This document shows positions 14,380-28,239 of a stretch of DNA of 64,000 nucleotides, piece after piece. The stretch lies in NCBI GenBank assembly GCA_051362555.1, contig CM120648.1:13140587-13204586 (forward strand), written 5' to 3'. Source of the stretch: Lingula anatina (lineage: Eukaryota > Animalia > Brachiopoda). A model generated the notes under the pieces. The model was not told where the DNA came from. It saw only the letters and a program-made list of their open reading frames with translations, and made no database searches. The position numbers and the translations under genes are program-made. How positions within the stretch are numbered: position 1 is the first letter of the stretch; the number at the start of each line of letters is the position of its first letter.

Positions 14380-14460
14380 TAAGGGTCAGGTGGTCAGTAA
14401 AGTAGGGTTGCTGTCTGTTGACCAGAGGTCACGGGATCGATCCAGGCCCCATGTGTAATA
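14380..14460 (+). mobile_element. Possible decayed tRNA-derived SINE head (mirrored at ~19890-19965)
   Basis: A-box-like TGGTCAGTAAAGTAGG and B-box-like GGGATCGATCC at tRNA-like spacing; no convincing cloverleaf. Confidence 0.35.
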
Positions 14461-15299
14461 AATCACTGAATTGTGAATAAATCACGAGCTGTAAGAGCTG
14501 TTGTGTTTTTCTTTAAACCGAAGTGACAGAGAATCTGGCAGTCAAAACTGCGATTGCAAAGGATGGAAGGCTGTGGCAAGAACTGACATGCAATTACAAA
14601 AAAGCATCAGTTTACAGCAATAATGAGGCACGTGTTTCCATATATTTCAAAAGTAGAACAGATCTGTATCTTCATCCCACGGAATTAATCGCTGGATAAG
14701 CTTTCCTGATGATTTGATGGCTTCTTTCTCCGGTTCTTAATCTTCTTAGTGTTTTCAAAGCAAAGTGCAGACTGTATCAGGTAGTCTACATAAATGACAA
14801 ATAAAATCTATATACGTTATCCACATCTTGTAAGTTAGTGTTAAATGTATCTTTACTTGCTGTCGCTCCTTAGAAAATGCACTTCAAGACGATCGTCTAA
14901 CCCAGTAATTAATGCCCGTTGATCAAGATAAATATCATTAATCAATGCCACTTATAAAATGCAGTATCAGCAAAATTGGGTATCCGGTGAAAATGTCGAT
15001 GCATACTATAAAATTAATAAAGTTATGAAAGGTAATTGTAAACTAAAACAACAACTTTTAGTTAAAGAGAATAATACTGGTGGATGAAAACAGTAGAACA
15101 CGTTTTTTTCTTATAATCTAAAAGATTAGCTTTGTCTTTTAAAAAGTAAATATATATATATACTCTGTAAATTGTTGAACAAAATATCAGCAGCATGCCG
15201 GGCTGCAAATATACATATACAGTGAATTTCGATTGTTTTTAACGTTTTTCGAGATATCAAACCTTAAATCAGATGTTATCTTCTTACCCAATTCACAAC

Positions 15300-15797
15300 T
15301 GACATTATTACGCTTAATATTAACAATTTTGGGGATATAATTCATCCTGTACTATTAAGAAAGACGTAGGTTATGTTACTTGTAATAAATAGCTGACGTT
15401 CCCTACACAGAAGACCGTTAGCAGTCCCGAAAATGTGCTGAATACGTTGTTCTCTAATATAACTCCTCCGATTAAAGGGCCCATAAACTTCAGAATGAAA
15501 AAACATGGAATTTCGTGATCTTTCAACAAAAACGGAAACCTTGTACCCAACAAAATATTTAAAAAGACTTTGAAATAACATTAACAAAGAATTGTCCTGT
15601 TTACAGTGAATTCAGGAGAAAGACTCTTATGTCTTTTAAAATCCAACATCTTCTTATTAAATCCAAACGAGATACTTCCATTTTGAAATGTTAAAAAAAC
15701 TATTATTAAATAGATGGTATTGCTGGATAGTCAACGCCATCGACATCACAGAACTGCACACCTGATATAAATAAATATCTGAAACTGGACTGACACA

Positions 15798-15852
<55 letters not shown>

Positions 15853-15853
15853 A
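15300..15853 (+). mobile_element. Highly decayed LINE 3' end with (TAAA)n tail
   Basis: Residual AHKLQNEK and CPVYSEFR motifs on the + strand, followed by (TAAA)n at ~15798-15853. Confidence 0.4.
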
Positions 15854-16714
15854 CTCATCCTAAGCCAATATCAGTCTCATATATTGCCTCTATATTTCCA
15901 TATGTCGTCCTATCATCTGGAAGACCTGATGATCTGCAATAACAGTGGTAAAATGACACTAACACAATGATACGCTCGGATCTCTGACATGCATGGATCT
16001 CAACTAATGCATCGGTGCGTGTTCATCTCAACAAGCGAAAATGATACGCGTGGAACTCAAATTATGCAATGATGATGATGCCCTCTCACTTACACAAAAC
16101 GAACCAATTCTAGTTTCAGAATTCGTAAAGGCCTTTCGACCTTCCGAAGTTTATCTTTTATCTTGTAAATATTTATTTAAAAAATGTGTTGCATATTTTG
16201 CAATATGTAGGTAATAGGTGAAATGATATAGCGCTGTATAAAAACTAACATGGCATTTTATATGCGGTCTGCCATAACTGCCACCTCAGTACATGTTTGC
16301 TCAGTTGCCTATGGTACAGGTTCCTAAGTAAAGGCTCCAGGACGACCTTGAATACCATATAGTATAATGTCCCATTACCTGGACTACCATGTTTGATTAC
16401 GCATTAAGGGTTTATACAGGGGTAGAAATGTGCAGTGAGTTATATGGTTCTCTATAGCCTGAAATAAACACCTATTATACTTGCAGATATGAGGTAAAGA
16501 AATTATCATTTAACAACAAAAAACCCGCTGCTTCAAAATAATTATCCAATTCCAATCCAAAAAGGAGCCTCGTTTTGGCTTCCAGCGAATGTTACATTCA
16601 TGTCATCGTGCCTAAACGAGTTAAACGTACCTTACGGGTATATATTTATTGGTGTATGTGTGTGTGCGAATGTGTGTGAGTGATTGTATTACAGAATAAA
16701 CATATGAATTGTTT

Positions 16715-17215
16715 TCTGCTTTACTGCAGAAAAACATAAAACCCTCACCAGCAAATGCAGACATTGTAGAAAATGCATGGGCAGACCAAACGGCATGAAC
16801 GTAGCTACCCGGTATGTATGCAACGTCTTTATTTTGAACGGTCATTCTATGTCGGAGATTGTCTCCGGTTTGTCCTATATACTGTAGTTCTCATCGCATC
16901 CACTGCAAGTTAATACAAATTTGAGCTTGTGCAGGTGAATGGGTGTTTAATTCTAAATGTAAGTCCATTTTTAAATGTTAGGTGGCTCCACCCTTTAATA
17001 AGTGGACAGGTGCCGCACCTGGGTACCTTACATTTCTGTACTCGAATTGTTTTCAAATTTTGCTTTTGTTAAAATTTGCTTAAGTGATGGACTTTGTTTC
17101 TTTCTCTTTATAATCTGCATTTCAGTTAGTATCTCATTCATTTTGTCATCTTGTTTTACCAAAGGTAAGTTTCCAGTTATGACATTGTGTACTTCCGGAT
17201 TTTTTGGATTATATA
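16715..17215 (-). mobile_element. Penelope-like retroelement remnant (linker + GIY-YIG endonuclease)
   Basis: Minus strand reads YNPKNP...NL...KQSPSLKQILTKAKF, then FRIKHPFTCTSSNL, TCSGC and YIGQTGDNLRHRM, with frameshifts. Confidence 0.78.
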
Positions 17216-17479
17216 TATATATATATATATTTCCCTTGTATATATACAACACTGGTCAAAACGGTTATCCCACCTCCACTATCATGTGTTTTTATTTATA
17301 AATGATCACATCACAGGTGATAATTGTTATAAATAGTGATTTTCATACCGGATACCATAACTAACATGATTAGTGGTACAGAAAAAACAAATTAGCGTGA
17401 AGATATTAATATTTAATACCATTTATTAATATTTATTACATGTACCCCCTCAAATCCGACGCTTCACGTTGATTTTCAC

Positions 17480-17960
17480 AGAGGTAAAGAAATGTCCATA
17501 AGATGAAAAAGAGAGCACCAAATGTCACCAATTTTACACACATTTAGCATTAGAGTGTGCTCGTTAAAGGTTAAGTGTCTAATAGCGTTTGTGTCTACCG
17601 CGTACTGTAATTATCTCCTGTAGGCGGCGCGGCCTGGCTTCAACAAGGGTAACAATTCTGTTTTCTTTGATATTGTCCCATTCTTTCTAAAGACATTGAA
17701 GGAGTTGGTACAGATTATTACACTCCAATTCATGTCACAGCTGCTTAGTAGGGTTAATAACAGGGTTCAAAGATGGTTGCTTCATCCTCTGAACATTGGG
17801 TTTCTGCAACAAATCACTCCATAGACAAGAGCGGTGTGCAATTGCACTTCCCTGATGACGCCTGCAGTATCCCTGAAATAACATCTTGCAAATGGAGTGA
17901 GATATTTGTTAAGAATGTTTCAGTGAATTGCTTCAACAATGTTCTAACAATGTACTAAAA
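17480..17960 (-). mobile_element. Old Tc1 remnant of the same family, in the spacer of the inverted duplication
   Basis: Reverse complement shares TGATTTGTTGCAGAAA, CAACCATCTTTG and CGCCTACAGGAGATAAT with the 31.5/37.4-kb remnants. Confidence 0.55.
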
Positions 17961-18646
17961 CCATGGGCTTGGAATGCTCTCCAAACGTGTCCTGACCTGA
18001 CACCTTACGCGATATTATCCCGCACACACCTACAAAAAAGCATTCTGCAGCATGTCTACACGTCGTCCCTGCAAGGGCACTGTAACTCTCGGCTCCATTC
18101 GACCGGACACGTGCGGAGGAGTGTGAGAGGCGGAGAGAAAAGATTAAACGGTTTTCTTTTCATAAAGGGTCTGGCATATTTGATCCTTGGACTAGTTGAT
18201 ACTCGTATCTTCTATTATGAAGAGCCCCTCTCTCTCTCTCAGTTCATTTACCCAATGGTCCATTTAAAACCGGTTGATCGAAAAAAATATATATAGCACA
18301 ATTCCGATTGTTCTTCGAAGAATAGGGCGCATTTAGAAGAAATATGACACATGGTGAAAGTAGTTAGAAATGGACACCAGGTTTACTAACGGCGTGAGGA
18401 GTGCAAGCGCACTATTACCTATCAGATGAGACGCGACTGAAAATCAAAACAGACAACATAAGTTTTTCAAAAACAAAGAAAATGATGTAGAACAGTTTCA
18501 TTAGCTATGTTATTTTGATAGACTTGTGATGATTCTTTTGTCTATAGCTATTTATATTTGTCTGATCTTACCATCCAATATTTCGTGTGCCTCATAAAAA
18601 TACAGATTAGAGATATTGGTACTTAAAAACTCATATGTTTTGACAT

Positions 18647-18771
18647 CAGGCCCCAGTTTCCCCAAAAAATAAAAAAACTGTTCCCTGGCTTAGTTGACTT
18701 GGATTTCCACGAGAGTGCGCATGTGACCATGTAACATTGGTAATTAAGTTCTTAGCCAGGGAACCTGACTT

Positions 18772-18802
<31 letters not shown>

Positions 18803-18818
18803 GTGAAACCGGGGCCAG
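18647..18818. mobile_element. Short MITE
   Basis: Inverted termini CAGGCCCCAGTTTCCCAAAAA / TTTTGTGAAACCGGGGCCAG. Confidence 0.55.
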
Positions 18819-20189
18819 GTTCTAAACTGTGCAAGTGTTGGGGTTCGTGCCCTAATGCATTTGAAGTGCCTTGTTTATCAATTACATTTTACTACAAAAA
18901 CATGCTGTTGCAGATTTAACTGCAAAATATTAAAATATTCTTCCCTTAAGCAAACTTTGGGAAACTATGCCGAACACCATGCAGGCATGAACAACACAGT
19001 TCTAGCTCTGCACAATATCTTCCCCTTCCAGAGTTTAGAAAAAGGTTTGTCACTCACATCTGTCGGTGCCATAATTGGACCATATAAGCGCGAAAAATTC
19101 TACAGTAAAGTGTCGCTGTTACATTTATTACTTTTCATAGGACATAGCTAATCTTTTAGATTATAAGAACAGTTAACGTGTTTTACACTGTTTTCATTCG
19201 TCAAAAACATTCTCTTTTAACTAAAATTTGCTTATTTTAGTTTACATCTACCTTTCATAACATTATTAATTCTATATTATGCATCGATATTTTCACCGGA
19301 TACCCAATTTTGTTAATACTGCATTTAATGAGTGACATTGGATTAATGAATATTTATCTTGAACAACGTTTCTGTTGGGTTAGACGATTGTGGTGAAATG
19401 CTATCTCTAAGGAGTGACAGCAAGTTGAGATACATCTAACACTGCAACATAAGAGTGGATTAGGTATGAAGATTTTATCCGTCTTTCTGTAGGCTATCTG
19501 ATGCATTCTGTACCTTTCTTCGAAAACACTAAGAAGATTAGGAACACCGGAGAAATAAACCATCAAATTATCAGGAGAGCTTATCCAGCGATTATTACCT
19601 TGTGTGATAAAGATAAAGATCTGCTCTTCTTTGGAAGACAACTTATGGAGAAATATAAGCTGCGGTAACACGTACTTCTCATATTGTTGCTGTAAGCTGA
19701 GTTTTTTTTTTTTTTTTTTTTTTTGGTAATTGCATGACAATTCAAGTATAGCCTTTCATCCTTTGGGATCACAGTTTTCATTACCCGATCATCTGTCATT
19801 TTGGTTTAAAGAAAAACATAACAACTAGTGATGCAACTTCAATAATTTATTACACACGGTAACATGCTGACATCCAGCGGGAATTGCCTCATGGGGCCTG
19901 GACCGACCCCGTGACCTCCGGTCAACAAACAGTAACCCTACTTTACTGACCAACCCACTGGACCCTGCGTCCGACATAACTTGTATATACGTCTTCCAAA
20001 CGAATTAATCAAATGCTTTATGCACAAACGACTATGGTCAGACCTGAGCTTAAAGTTATTATTCCTTACAATATACAAGAATATAAAAAAAGTTAAGTAT
20101 ATTTTAGAACATGTTTGTCTTGAATATATTTACATTACAAAAGAAGTGAACAGTCCTCCTCCTCCTCCTCTCTTTTACTATCTCTCTCT

Positions 20190-20225
<36 letters not shown>

Positions 20226-21469
20226 CTCTGTCTCTCTGTCTTTTTCTCTCTTTTCCTCTCTCTCTCTCTCTCCCCCCTCTCTGCCTCTCTTGCTTTCTCT
20301 CTCTCTTTCGCTCTTTCTCTCCCTACCTTTCTCTTGATCTTTCTATCTCTTTCTCTCTATCTCTGCCTCCTCTCTCTCTCTCTCTGTCTCCTCTCTTTAT
20401 CTGTCAGTCAACTCCAAAACCAATAACTTGAATTCAATAAAATTCTTAACAAAAATAACAAAATCCCGAGTAAACTACGAATAATAGGGCGCATTGAGAG
20501 CAAATATTACCCGAGACGAAGCAATATGATATTGATACATGTATATGCCAGTATAAAAAGAAATAAGTGTGCCAGTACCTTTAGTCAGCTTATCCTAGCA
20601 ACTGTGCAAACGGCACCAAGTTATATCCCAAAACACCTATTCTACAATCGCGCGGTTAAATCAAAACCCTCGGCGATCATTTCATGCGAAAAAAATTGAC
20701 ATCTTGCTTCACACCTTGACACCTAAACACTTTTACATATACGTACAATGTAAAATGACATGTACAATTATTTCCGTCTAATAATAGATACTCCAGGTAT
20801 CTCTATAGATAATAGTTAATACAACTCCATATTTTATAATTTCTATCATTTTGATGTTGTTTCCAATAGGCAAAGATAAAAAATTTATGGACCACAAAAA
20901 TGACTTATAGCAATATAAACAAATTACCAATTTCTAATGGTAACTCAGTGTTACGCTCGACCCCTTTAAAAGAGTCATCAGGTAGAAAGTATTATCCATG
21001 CGAATCAACCGAGAAGCTCCTAATTCTGAGGAATTACACCAAGCATAAAATCAAGTGGCATTTTGCAGAACGTGGAGGAGAGACGGGTCAGAAATAATGG
21101 CGTTCTAGCGGGTGCGTGCCGCAACAAATAAAATGATAAAAGCTGACAAAAGTTACATGTATCTACGAAAATTTGTTATTTTTTTATATATATAGTTCGC
21201 GTGTGCCGAATTCACCGTGTTTTGTGTATCGCCTATGTAATGTTTTCTAAGACGACCATACATTTTCATGCTGATTGCAAAAAGCATATCGGATTAGGTC
21301 CAGGTATGATATGCTGCCTACCAGACAGACTGGAAACGACGTTGTTGTGCAAAAGAAAAAATATTATAGAACATGAACTGATACTCAATAGATATATCTA
21401 GTGACAAAAGCTCTTTGTTCCCCTTACTTGTGTACGAGCTCATTGTGTATAGTGAAAATGGCCCACCCT

Positions 21470-21633
21470 AGCCTGTAGCCAGCAATTTCAAAAGGGGGGT
21501 TATTTTTCTGAAAAAGTGGACCTTTTTCCATAAAAATTTCATGTACCTAGATCAAATTTTATCCAGAGTGGACCTTTTCCCAGAAAAAGGGGTGGTTCTT
21601 TCGAACCCCCGAACCCCCCTGGCTACGGGCCTG
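21470..21633. mobile_element. Short MITE inserted just downstream of the paralogue 2 stop codon
   Basis: Inverted termini GCCTGTAGCCAG / CTGGCTACGGGC; absent from the equivalent left-arm position (~11480). Confidence 0.6.
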
Positions 21634-21696
21634 CAAGGGGACTAGAATACGTTCGCAAGTCTACCTAAGACTATATTCCTATCAAACCGGCATGTT

Positions 21697-22878
21697 TTAG
21701 ATCAAACACCCGCAAGCTAAAATACCCGAGAAAATAGCAAACACCGCGTGTACCAGTGCATCACCACGCAGACCAGCCCTGGCACTTGAGGACACAGTGC
21801 CATTTTTCCCGTCATGCACCTCTATCGGCGGTTTTGGTTGTGTCGCGTCGACATCCACAGGGCAGCGGCCCGCGTCCCAATCCAGTAAGGTGACCAAATA
21901 TGTTCTGCCGTTTAAGGTGACCGTCTCTCTTCTAGCCTTCAGCGTCTTAGAGAACTCTGCCCGGTAGGAAGCAAACAGCTTGGTACCTTCACGATAACCA
22001 CGTACCATTTTGGTTAATCTGACCTGGAAGTAGAAGACTGCCACAAGTGATGGGTTTGCTGCATTGCGGCTCATCTGTGTACACGTGTTTCGGTCAGCCA
22101 TAAAGCGCCATGTCCCGTTTCCGACAGCTTTGATAACATTGGTAGAGAATAGATAAGCTATGTCCACGTCACAAATGCCTTCAGCTGCAGAAGCCTTCTG
22201 TTCGCGTTCCGACATAAGCGCGACTGGGATGGTAAAATCAGCGTTGACCATATACCGTATAGGAGTAAGACACTGGTCTTTTTCTTCGTTGCAAAGTGCC
22301 TGGAAAGCAAGCGTTTCACCTCAAATATACACAATTTAAAAATCAAGTCTACATTAAAAAAGATATAAGTTGTTTATAGGATGAAATTGACATTTTTATT
22401 ATTGATGTATAATTATTTCACTATATTGCCAGGCAGGGATTACATGATTGCTATCTGCAGCCGCGTCTTATGATGTTAAAAAAAATAACCAGCTATAAAT
22501 TTTCTACATATGGCACCTAGTTTACTCTAAAACCTAAATAGAATTTCTATGCGTACGTGACCATATTGCTTGTGTTACATAATAATTTTTTATGCACTCC
22601 AGGAGTATGCTTCTGTCTCATCTGTGTTCTGCTGGACAGAAAATGCAGATTGTCATAAGAACATAACAGAAATCCTATCTCTAAAACCTTTATCTCTATG
22701 GCTTCTTCAAATTAACGGCTTACCTGGTCTCTGCTTCGTTCACATGGTTTCTCATATCGCGCCCCAGAGGTGTCGATCTGGACAGTATAACCTGGTGGAT
22801 CGAAGGATTGACTTGATACTGGAAAGATAAAAAGATACACTGAGTATAATACGGGGGTTGTTAACGGAAAGTTGAATA

Positions 22879-22918
<40 letters not shown>

Positions 22919-23337
22919 GCATTTGCCTTTTGAGTGAGGCAAATAATTCTAAAGCAAAATCTATTACTATGGGTTTTCTTTCTTCTCTGTAGAGATCTCC
23001 ACCCCCCACCAGTCAACAATCAACTTCCATTTTTTTTCAGCCCACAAAACAATGTATTTTTGAATGATCTTGATTCCCCGCAAGATCTCTGTGGGTAGGT
23101 TTTAGCATTTATCAGTACACAGAAAACAATCAGCAAAAGTCACATATATTTTTGCGAAGGATACCTCAGCGTATAGTATTTTCGCTTAAACTTTGTAATA
23201 TTCACAGCATTCTGAAAAGACGATCTGTGTAAAAGAAAAACAGATAAATTTGCTAGTATCTCTTGAATCTGAAAGTGCTGATTGCCACCGTTTTCCTTAG
23301 TCATGATTAACAGTGCTTGCAAGGAGGTGCAAACGCC

Positions 23338-23373
<36 letters not shown>

Positions 23374-24256
23374 GTGCAATATTTAAGAAAATATTATTTA
23401 TTCAACCGTAGAAGGTACAAGCTAGGCTATGGCAAGTGTTTGTTTTGAATACCAACGACAGGCCGAGCTCATCGTGAACACATGGCGACATACTGTCCTT
23501 TCAACCGACAGAGGCGTTCAAATTACAGTTCTAGACCATTATTATCCTTAAATCCTTCCAAGCCAGGCTTTTTCCGCCAACACTCATATTAACGAATTTT
23601 CTCGACTTAACAACCTTTAATCTTCCTTTTATGACCCTCGCCATAACTCTGTACTGGTACCAATTTTGGAAAATCCAAACACCATAATACTAGCTTAAAG
23701 GTGCACTCCATGGGTTAACAATTCTCCACCCAAAAAAATGCTTATTTTCACATCCACATCTTATAAAACCTTACGTACGCCTTAAAATGATTTAAGCCCT
23801 AAAATATATTTGAAGCGTACCTAATGTTGATATATCCATTGGATCTTATAAGGAGATGGACACTGTTATAATGACTGGCCAGTCATTTAAGCCTAAAATT
23901 AACCTTGATCAAATCAATCTTCGAATCCAAGTGCAGAAAGGGATAGATACATGTATCTACAGTAGTAGCAAAAAGTTGAAAAATGCCTTTTTAAGCAATA
24001 TTATTTTTAAATTCTTGTAAGAATACTTTTTACGAATAGTTTTTCTTAGTTCATAGTTTTAATTTTCACTTCTTAACCATTTCATATATCTATTTTTTAT
24101 CATTTTTCCTTTTTATCATTTATCATTTTTTTTTCTATTATAATTTTCCTTCTATTCATCTTAGGACCATTAGTAATTTTTTCCCTTTAAATTATGAATT
24201 TTTATAAATTCTGTGAAGTCTATTGAACATACGCTGGATTTTAGACTATAAATAAA

Positions 24257-24304
<48 letters not shown>

Positions 24305-27300
24305 TCAAGCCGTTGAAATACATTGTATGCACTAACCAGGATAAAGAAGAAAGTCTAGCCCAATTAGACCTTGCGGATAATTAACTGAAGATGTGTCTCA
24401 TAAAACGTGGGTCGTTCAGCACTGCGAAAAGCGGCACATGGTTAATGATTATCTATGAAAATGTATAGTTTTTTCTTAAAATATTGAGAAAATTGAACCT
24501 ATTAAAATTGAGCTCTGCACAACACTCATCTGAGAAAGAGGAAGCCCAGGATTAAGGGTACTGATTGACCAGAAATCAGTTTACTTCTTGGATTACAGAG
24601 AACAGGGACGAGGGCATGGGTTATAAATTATATAATTCATACGTTAATAATGGTAATTGGGGGAGGCCTCTGTTTTTCATTCTTATGTTAGTTCCTTCCC
24701 GCCGGCCTCACATTAACAGGTCTCAAACAGACCCAAAGACGTGCTTCTTTAGAACAAGGAACTTTCTGACAAGACTATTTTCATTTTTTTTTTTCATTTT
24801 TCAGTACATGTGATTTGTATAAAGTGGGGCTACGTCTAATAAGCTTGTTTACGATATCGATATTTATTTCTTTGTTACTATTTTAATTGCTTCGTCCTTT
24901 CTTCGGCTACTACGGACATGTTGCGATGATGCTACTGATATTTTATGTAAATTGCTACTGGAATTTCAACAAATCTATTTCGTTTGACTGTAACTTTTAC
25001 TTTATGAAAATACAAGTCGCTGGGTTTTCTGCCAAGTTTCTTTCCTCCTTTATTTATTCATTTTCTATTAATACTATTTACACAAAATTTAAAACAGTTC
25101 TTTTTGAAATAAAAAGAGACAGAGTGAATTGTTGGCAATGTTCAAACAAATAATACACTGTACTTTTTTCAATAGTTGACCACGCGACACAGCAAATTAA
25201 AAGAAATAACAGATGACACAGATTTAACCTGCAGTTAGTGAGAAGCACTAATAACATAATTCCCTGCGCGTGCCAAGGTGGTAAACAAAATGACAGTTCG
25301 CCGCAGAGAACATTTTGTTTACATAAGTAATCGAAGGGGGCGTGCCTACTAAGTCCATCGGGGAATAAGACCAGTCACCATATTTCGTTTAAAATCTCTA
25401 AGAGGCCATTCCCAGAGATTTAGATCGATCTTACTAGAGCTTGTAGTAGGCGGGACGGACATTTAAGCCAGATTATCTGACAGTAATCTAGTGAGACTCC
25501 AAACGGGGATAAATCGATCTGAAATCTATGGAAATGCGCCCTAAGCGACCCTGGTCACACTGGTCTATTACATATTTTAACGTTGGAATTAGAGTGTAAT
25601 CTTCGAATGGTGCACGGAATATATAAATAGACGTAATTATGACCCAATCAAAACAAAAGCAACTCTGTACATCCTACCAAAAACGTTTAATTGACAAAAT
25701 CAAGAAATATTGTTGAAATATTTTAACAGAGGAAAATAGATGCGTAGCAAAAGGAAAGCAGTAACTGCCATATGATGACAGTTTATCAACCAGATAGTTA
25801 CATTTCCCTAATTCCTATCAGAAGATTTGGATTGAAGAAGGGAGAAGAATACAACAATCACCTTATAATACAATTTGTCCTTACCAATTCATATCCGAAA
25901 CTTTACATCGACAAAATCAAGAACAGTGTTATAATATTGTTTAAATATTGAAATGTTAAAAATACTTTTGTAGAATATGTTGTAGCTATTGTTTACATAT
26001 TTGATGTATACAATGTAAGTTTAAGTTTGCACCTTTCTTCTGAGACAAAAAGATATAAACTTACCAGAAACTGTACAATTTCTTATATGCGTCAGAAGAT
26101 GCTTGGGCGAAATACAAAGCCAACAAAAGGCATTTCTTGCATAATAGCGCCGCGACCACCACTGAACATAAGTGACGGAAATTGGTCCTGTCCAACAAAG
26201 TTCCTTGAGCTCTGGGTGGGCGTCTCTGCGACTACACTGCAATGCAGTGATGCCTCGGCCCCATGTTGCAACAATTGGCATGAGATCAGATGGAATACAC
26301 GGTCTGCCGGGCATGTCGACTGGAGGGCGAAAGAAAAAACTACAACCATCGGTTGATCTTGCCTGTTCCACAAAATCGTCTCCATCTATAATGTTGAAAA
26401 AACTGTCAATGCCAAAAGATAAGGATCCGGGACATGTGAAGTAAAAACCCCATTGTTGCACATCAGATATACCGTGGCACATTGCACAGTGTTCGTTATG
26501 AAATGTCAAATTTGTTGCCAAGTCAGACACAGGAACAATGCGGTCAACATCACTGGTATTTCGCGGACTTTCACATTTAGTACGAACGGTATCATTGGGC
26601 CATTCATCTGGGCATGATGTCACCATCCAGAAATGTTGGGGATTAAGACCAGAAAAATGCAAGCTGGACTGCTTGATGCATGCAATGTTGTTTGAGCTTA
26701 AATGCATGCCCACCGATGAAGAACGTTTCTTACAGTAGTCAGTGGCACAACAGTCTTGGAACAAACCGCAAAAGATGTCACAGAAGCACTCACCTGCCTG
26801 AACTACAGTGCTCCCTAAGCAAAATGTTCTCGGCAAGTTAAGAGGAAGTGAAGTGCCATCCCGAAGTGTCACTGTGTACTCACCAGGCGGAAGTGAGCTC
26901 CTAGTGAAATTTGAAGTCGTAGAGTCGTTTTGTTCCCTTCTCGCGTCTAACGGAAAAGGAGCCTTTGTCTCGTTCCGAGGTGAGCTCCTTCCGTCAGCGG
27001 AGACTTCTTTCAATGGGGCCTCTGTCACTGGTGCTTCCACATCACTGTTATCTACACCAGAATAGGATCCGGTGAAACTGGCTGCTGTTGAAGAAGTCTG
27101 ATATTGTAGCGGCGGGTTGTCTGGGACATCAACGTGGGAGGAAATTTCTGCTTCCGTTGAATAACGACTATCTAAACCAGAGCTAAGTGAGGTGGTATCA
27201 TCGTGGTCGGGAAAGGTTTGGGTGTTCGTTACGCTGAACCATGTCTGTGGGCTGACTGTCTCCATGCCTAAGACTCCTCGAAGAAACAGATGCAGCAATA

Positions 27301-27340
27301 AAAAATGCCGCTGCTTGTTGCTCCGCATTTGCAAATCCAT
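21697..27340 (-). CDS. SMB-like/Cys-rich cell-surface protein, paralogue 2 (3 exons: 27340-26065, 22818-22724, 22299-21697; 657 aa), possibly GPI-anchored
   Basis: Reverse-strand GT-AG junctions at the same positions and phases as paralogue 1; 1974 nt open frame; ends ...SSSARAGLRGDALVHAVFAIFSGILACGCLI* with no cytosolic tail. Confidence 0.85.
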
Positions 27341-28004
27341 TGCAAGAACTGCCAGCTGCCGCTGAGTGTTTCAAATCCTTTTTCAGCACGTTATGCGTCT
27401 GCTTTTATAGAAGTCGCCCGGCATATTATTAAAAAGTCTCGCCGGGCGGGCGCTAAGAAGTTAATGGAAAAATTGCATCATCAAGAGTACTGATGACGTT
27501 TTTCGAACGTAAAGACAAAAAATAAGACTCAAGAGAGTATGACAGATTACAGAATAAGCTATATCTAATTGCACAAAACAAACTTTTTACGTCAGCCGAA
27601 ATTGGTGGCGAACAAACATGGAATCGTAAAACGTATCTGACTTACTGTTAGACAAGGAGCACGTCAAGAGCACATTGTCTGAATGAAAATGTTGATGGTT
27701 GCATGCAATACATTCTGGTCATCGATATTTTCAATGTAATGCCGGGTAAATGCAATTCTTAACGTAGATTTAGCAAAGTTGGTGCATTAATTATCTATTC
27801 ACATTGCTCTCATCGAAATGACAAGAGGATTAAAATTAGGATTAAAATTAAGATGTCACTTGAACGGAATCCAAAGGTTAAATTATAGGGATTATTAAAC
27901 TTTAATAGAAACGGAATTATTCTCACAAAAATTGCAAGTTAAGTTTTATTTTGATTTTTACCGGTTTTATCGTGAGTGTTCATATACAATACTAAGTATA
28001 GCTA

Positions 28005-28239
28005 CACACACTGGACAACAGAAGTGTCACCCCCTGAATCAGAGTAATCAAAGGTATAATGTCTGGTCTACTTATAATGTGATTAATGAGTATAAAACCG
28101 CTGTACCATGGAATTGTATTGTTGGTCTTTTTGTGAAATTTGATGTTAATAAAATTATACAAGAAGCACATAATTCCATAGACATTTATCTCCCCCAAAG
28201 TACTGGTTCAGTAGGGGTGACACAATTGTCCAGTGTGTG
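28005..28239 (+). mobile_element. 235-bp non-autonomous internal-deletion derivative (MITE) of the Tc1 element at 54991-56370
   Basis: Same TIRs, TA on both sides; the left half matches 54991-55133 and the right half matches 56265-56370. Confidence 0.9.

Larger units (their letters stand above)
1..15140 (+). repeat. Left arm of large inverted segmental duplication (probably continues left of the window)
   Basis: Reverse-complement anchors: 1-350 vs 29230-29555; 700-900 vs 28400-28630; 2320-4560 vs 25740-27970; 6420-6960 vs 23175-23990; 9880-11630 vs 21300-23000; 12300-13050 vs 20580-21300; 13850-15140 vs 19140-20510. Boundaries approximate. Confidence 0.9.

Noticed and set aside
14380-14460. 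Functional tRNA gene
   Set aside because: Only degenerate A/B boxes, no consistent cloverleaf; treated as a possible SINE relic.
27488-27516. Hammerhead-like CTGATGA-CGTT-TTTCG-AACG-TAAA
   Set aside because: The essential GAAA is TAAA, no stems I/III, and it is not conserved in the left-arm paralogue.
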